A DNA stretch of 40,660 nucleotides, taken from Patescibacteria group bacterium (GTDB lineage Bacteria > Patescibacteriota > Minisyncoccia > Phycocordibacterales > UBA918). The notes beneath the pieces are model-generated. The model was not told the origin of the DNA and made no database searches. It saw only the letters and a program-made list of their open reading frames with translations. Shown here piece after piece: positions 36,858 to 40,660 of this stretch (its first letter is position 1; every line of letters starts with the position of its first letter). The stretch lies in the NCBI GenBank assembly GCA_015485575.1, contig WFTF01000047.1:1-40660 (forward strand), in the 5' to 3' direction. The position numbers were made by a program, and so were the translations under genes.

Positions 36858-38555
36858 ATGTCGCACTACCGTCTTGCAGATGAAGTTCCGGAAGAGGTGC
36901 AAAAGGCGCTTGCTCGGTACTCGCCGTACCTGCGGCAATTATTGTATACACGCGGTATTGCCGATGCGGAAAGCGCCGCTTTCTTTTTGCAGCCCGACTA
37001 TGATGATTTACACGATCCTTTTTTACTGAATGATATGCGTAAGGCGGTGTATCGCATTTTGACTGCACTGGAGCGCAAGGAAGAGATAGTGATATACAGC
37101 GATTATGACTGTGACGGGATTCCCGGCGGTGTGATATTGCACGATTTCTTCAAAGCCATTTCCTACAAAAAAGTACGCAATCATATACCGCATCGGCACT
37201 ATGATGGATTTGGGTTGCATACAGAGGCGGTCCGGAAACTCTCTAAAGAAGGAGTGACGCTGATAATTACCGTTGATTGCGGATCTACCGATGTGGAAGC
37301 GATTGACACCGCAAACAAGCTGGGGATTGATGTTGTTGTGACCGATCATCATCAAGTAAAAGATGCGATACCAGATGCGTATGCGATAGTAAATCCGCAG
37401 GTAGGTGACACTTACCCCTTCAAGGGCTTATGTGGCGCGGCGGTGGCATACAAGCTGGTACAGGCATTGATTGCCGAAGGAGACTTTGATCTGAAAGCCG
37501 GCTGGGAGAAGTGGTGGTTGGATATGGTGGGTATAGCCACCATTGCGGACATGGTGCCGCTTAAGGGAGAAAATCGTACACTTGCATTCTACGGGCTGCA
37601 GGTGCTGCGCAAAAGTCGTCGTCCGGGACTGCAGCAACTGCTACGCAAACAGCGTGCCAGTCAGGCACATTTAACAGAGGACGATATTGGCTTTACCATC
37701 GGACCACGTATCAACGCAGCATCACGCATGGACAACCCTGAAGACGCATTTTACATGCTTGCGGAAACTGACGAAGAGAAGGCAGGCGCGCATGTGCAGC
37801 ATTTGGAAAAACTCAATAACGAACGCAAGGGATTGGTTGCGTCAATGACCAAGGAGGTCCACAAACGAATGCAGCTGATGCTTGAAATCCCAAGTGTACT
37901 GGTGTTGGGGGACCCGCAGTGGCGACCCTCTTTGGTGGGGCTGACCGCAAATAAGCTCGCTGATGAGTATCAACGACCTGCGTTTGTGTGGGGGCGTGAC
38001 GGAAACGGGTGCATCAAAGGATCGTGCCGGTCCAACGGGGAGGTGAGCGTACTTGCACTGATGGAAGCGGTAGCGGACCTCTTTGAGGAGTTTGGGGGAC
38101 ATCACATGGCGGGCGGTTTTGGTGTCAAGGAAGAGGCAATTCATGCCTTGCCGAAGCGTATAGATGAGGCACTGCAGTCCATGGGGGAGGCGGCAAAAAT
38201 AGACAGCACGTATCACGTAGACTATGTACTGACGTTGGATGCATTCAGTCCGAAACTGCTTGCAGAACAGCAACAGCTCGCCCCTTTTGGTGTAGCAAAT
38301 GACAAACCCCTGTATCTTATACGAGAGGTGGTACCGTATTCCGTTTCTCTGTTTGGTAAAGCAAAAGAACATACGAAGCTGAGCTTTCACACCAAGGGTA
38401 TTGCCAAGGAGGCAATTGCGTTTTTCAAGCAGCCGCAGGATTTTTCTCACACTCCCGCGGAAGAAACTGTATGTACACTGCTCGCACATCTTGAGCAATC
38501 GTATTTTATGGGAAAGGTACAAACACGTCTGCGTATCGTTGACATTCTCCCCTAG
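36858..38555 (+). CDS. recJ: single-stranded-DNA exonuclease RecJ
   Basis: YSDYDCDG, TVDCG, TDHH, TIADMVPL.GENR, GPRINAASRM, GGHHMAGG and LAPFG..N. Confidence 0.96.
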   Translation: MSHYRLADEVPEEVQKALARYSPYLRQLLYTRGIADAESAAFFLQPDYDDLHDPFLLNDMRKAVYRILTALERKEEIVIYSDYDCDGIPGGVILHDFFKAISYKKVRNHIPHRHYDGFGLHTEAVRKLSKEGVTLIITVDCGSTDVEAIDTANKLGIDVVVTDHHQVKDAIPDAYAIVNPQVGDTYPFKGLCGAAVAYKLVQALIAEGDFDLKAGWEKWWLDMVGIATIADMVPLKGENRTLAFYGLQVLRKSRRPGLQQLLRKQRASQAHLTEDDIGFTIGPRINAASRMDNPEDAFYMLAETDEEKAGAHVQHLEKLNNERKGLVASMTKEVHKRMQLMLEIPSVLVLGDPQWRPSLVGLTANKLADEYQRPAFVWGRDGNGCIKGSCRSNGEVSVLALMEAVADLFEEFGGHHMAGGFGVKEEAIHALPKRIDEALQSMGEAAKIDSTYHVDYVLTLDAFSPKLLAEQQQLAPFGVANDKPLYLIREVVPYSVSLFGKAKEHTKLSFHTKGIAKEAIAFFKQPQDFSHTPAEETVCTLLAHLEQSYFMGKVQTRLRIVDILP

Positions 38556-38824
38556 GTAATTTTGCATGTATTTTCTGGCACCTGTTGGTGCCCTCGGTAC
38601 CTGTCCTTCTACATGCACTTTGTTATGATGTATCGTAACAAGAGTACCGATGTTTTTGGATGGTATGGTAGTGTTTTGCACATCCTGCAATTTTATTGCG
38701 ATATATCGAAATAAATTTTGGAAGTACTGTGTGGGGTGCGTGCTGGCTTAGGTAGCGTGAGTGAGATGGTTGTATGGTATGACATGTGTACACATGTGGT
38801 ATAGTGGTAGGCACATACTTACTT

Positions 38825-39241
38825 ATGCAACACATTACCGTATTTACCGATGGAGGTGCGCGAGGGAATCCCGGACCAGCAGCAATAGGTGCATACTTTT
38901 TAACAGACACGGGGGAAGTGCTTGCGGAGCTGTCAGAGTATATCGGAGAGGCGACGAACAATGTTGCCGAGTACACTGCGGTACAACGCTCACTTGAACA
39001 TTTGCAGGAACTGTATGCCGACACGAGACAGTTGCAGGTTGACTTTAAGCTGGACTCCCAGCTGGTTGAGCGACAGTTAAACGGGGTGTATAAGATTAAA
39101 GATGCAAACCTCAGGACCTATGCTGAGGCAATTAGAGCGTTGGCGGATCAATTTGCCAATGTGTGCTACGCACATGTACCACGATCTGAAAACAAAGAAG
39201 CTGACCGTCTGGTCAACCAAGCACTTGATGCGGCTTGTTAG
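38825..39241 (+). CDS. rnhA: ribonuclease HI
   Basis: FTDGGARGNPG, TNNVAEY, DSQLV and HVPRSENKEADRLVN. Confidence 0.93.
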   Translation: MQHITVFTDGGARGNPGPAAIGAYFLTDTGEVLAELSEYIGEATNNVAEYTAVQRSLEHLQELYADTRQLQVDFKLDSQLVERQLNGVYKIKDANLRTYAEAIRALADQFANVCYAHVPRSENKEADRLVNQALDAAC

Positions 39242-39293
39242 TTTTTCGGTGTTGTAGTACAGTTTTCACACACAAAAAAGGAGGTGATTTTTC

Positions 39294-39497
39294 ATGAATA
39301 CATCTGTTACCTCTCTGGAGGAGTTGCGCAAACAGCACCGAGCTCTGGATGCACGAATCAAGAAGTGCGAAAAGCGGCCGGGATGCTGTCCGACTGAAGT
39401 GCGACGCATGAAAAAAGATAAGTTGCGTCTGAAGGAGATAATTACTCTTCTGGAGAAGGAGCGTGGCATGAACGTGTTGGATCTTCCTGGCAATTAA
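39294..39497 (+). CDS. YdcH/DUF465-like small coiled-coil protein
   Basis: L.ELRKQHRALDARI...RMKKDKLRLKE.I; AAGGAGGTGA RBS. Confidence 0.75.
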   Translation: MNTSVTSLEELRKQHRALDARIKKCEKRPGCCPTEVRRMKKDKLRLKEIITLLEKERGMNVLDLPGN

Positions 39498-39576
39498 ACA
39501 CGAATTTTACCGGCTCGGATGAGTTGGTACAGGTTGTCCAAGTGGGCGGCCTTTTTCTTTTGCTACAATCAAAAAA

Positions 39577-40660
39577 ATGTCCAATCTCTTTTTTTACACA
39601 ACGGTGGTCGTGTTTGCGCTTGGAGTTTTATTTGTATCTGAGTACCAGGTGCCATTTGCATTTTGGTATTGGGGGATGTTTATGGGTGTGGTACTGGGGG
39701 TGATTGCATTGCGGCGATACGGGCACTCACCTTCGCGTTTTGTGGCACTTTGTGCGGTTATACTTTCTGTATTTTCTTTTGCCGCACTGCATACTGATAA
39801 TTTTCAACAGCAGTTTATGCAATCCTCCTTGCAGGATCTTGTAGGTAGTGAAGTTACTCTGCAGGGGTACATATACAGAGAGCCGGAAACACGTGCCCGT
39901 ACTACACAGATATATGTACAAACCGATGGAGGCAAGGTGCTGCTCTACGCGGATCGCTACGCAAATGTGTCTTATGGTGATCAGGTTCTTGTACAAGGAC
40001 GTCTGGCACAACCACAGGCGTTTGTAACCGATACCGGACGTGTCTTTGACTACGCACAGTATCTGCGGGCACGCGGAGTGTCATACGTTATGTTTGAACC
40101 GCAGATAGACATACAAAGCACCAAGGGAGGCAATCCTCTGTTTGTTGCACTATATCGCTTTAAGGATGCATTTCGCGAGAAACTTGCGCTTCTGTTATCC
40201 GCACCTGAGGTCTACTTGGGGGAGGGGTTGCTTTTGGGAGTGCCATCACTGTCTGAGAGGTGGCAGGACATCTTTCGTACCTCGGGCATTATTCATATTG
40301 TGGTGCTGTCCGGATACAACATCACCATTGTGATTCTGTTTGTGACCTATCTCCTTGCCTATCTACTTCCGTATCGTGTACGTCTGGTGTGTGGGGCGGC
40401 TGCCATTTTCTTATTTGCCGCACTGGTGGGATTTTCAGCGACAGTGCTGCGCGCGAGTATCATGGCAGGTATTCTGTTGCTTTTGAAGTTTACGGGAAAT
40501 ACCTACAATCTCCTGCGAGGTCTAATGATTGCCGGTGTACTGATGGTGCTTTTTAACCCGCTTTTGCTGCGTTACGACCCGGGATTTCAATTGTCATTTT
40601 TGGCGACACTCGGGCTGCTGCTGCTTGCCCCGCACTTGGAAAACTGGTTTAGCTATATAC
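39577..40660 (+). CDS. comEC: ComEC/Rec2 DNA-uptake channel, partial (runs off the window; absent from the ORF track)
   Basis: Manual translation gives MSNLFFY...FDYAQYL...FRTSGIIHIVVLSGYN...VLRASIM...NPLLLRYDPGFQLSFLAT. Confidence 0.93.
   Translation, partial: MSNLFFYTTVVVFALGVLFVSEYQVPFAFWYWGMFMGVVLGVIALRRYGHSPSRFVALCAVILSVFSFAALHTDNFQQQFMQSSLQDLVGSEVTLQGYIYREPETRARTTQIYVQTDGGKVLLYADRYANVSYGDQVLVQGRLAQPQAFVTDTGRVFDYAQYLRARGVSYVMFEPQIDIQSTKGGNPLFVALYRFKDAFREKLALLLSAPEVYLGEGLLLGVPSLSERWQDIFRTSGIIHIVVLSGYNITIVILFVTYLLAYLLPYRVRLVCGAAAIFLFAALVGFSATVLRASIMAGILLLLKFTGNTYNLLRGLMIAGVLMVLFNPLLLRYDPGFQLSFLATLGLLLLAPHLENWFSYI

Noticed and set aside
37842..38690. 282-aa minus-strand ORF, also 25166-26116 and 27400-28107
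   Set aside because: Antisense to recJ, nusA and pilB respectively, with no recognisable motifs
1..40660. Alternative genetic code (UGA=Gly) suggested by two tRNA-Gly genes
   Set aside because: The anticodons are GCC and TCC, not TCA; conserved genes are full length in code 11, and TGA terminates ORFs at 12759, 14565 and 20088

Overview
A 40.7 kb bacterial chromosome segment in the standard genetic code, most consistent with Patescibacteria/CPR (Parcubacteria-like). This placement is an inference from the trigger factor lacking its FKBP domain, the pilB-pilC-prepilin cluster plus comEC, tRNA genes without encoded CCA, and AT-rich leaders without Shine-Dalgarno (SD) motifs on core genes. Housekeeping genes include cca, pta, a YraN nuclease, corA, an ECF sigma/anti-sigma pair, mscS, hup, rny, clpP, tig, ppaC, nusA, tpiA, pgk, a HIT protein, recJ, rnhA, a partial comEC, and four tRNAs (Arg-TCG, Gly-GCC, Pro-TGG, Gly-TCC). 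A dense parS cluster at 4.85-5.67 kb suggests the window is near the replication origin. Five observations stand out. (1) A dispersed ~100-nt structured element occurs four times, with compensatory stem changes and ssDNA-type mini-hairpin loops, always just 3' of a gene (tRNA-Gly, tRNA-Pro, the pilX-like gene); one copy is bracketed by sense and antisense duplicates of the tRNA 3' end. (2) Two paralogous HTH + LAGLIDADG-like genes each lie directly upstream of a tRNA-Gly. (3) A GC-rich 412-aa orphan with a perfect promoter and a ~435-nt structured leader is bracketed by REP-like palindromes next to tRNA-Gly(TCC). (4) A candidate ~430-nt ncRNA lies at 268-695. (5) Two REP-like palindrome families are present. 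All calls were made by eye; no database searches or folding computations were run.
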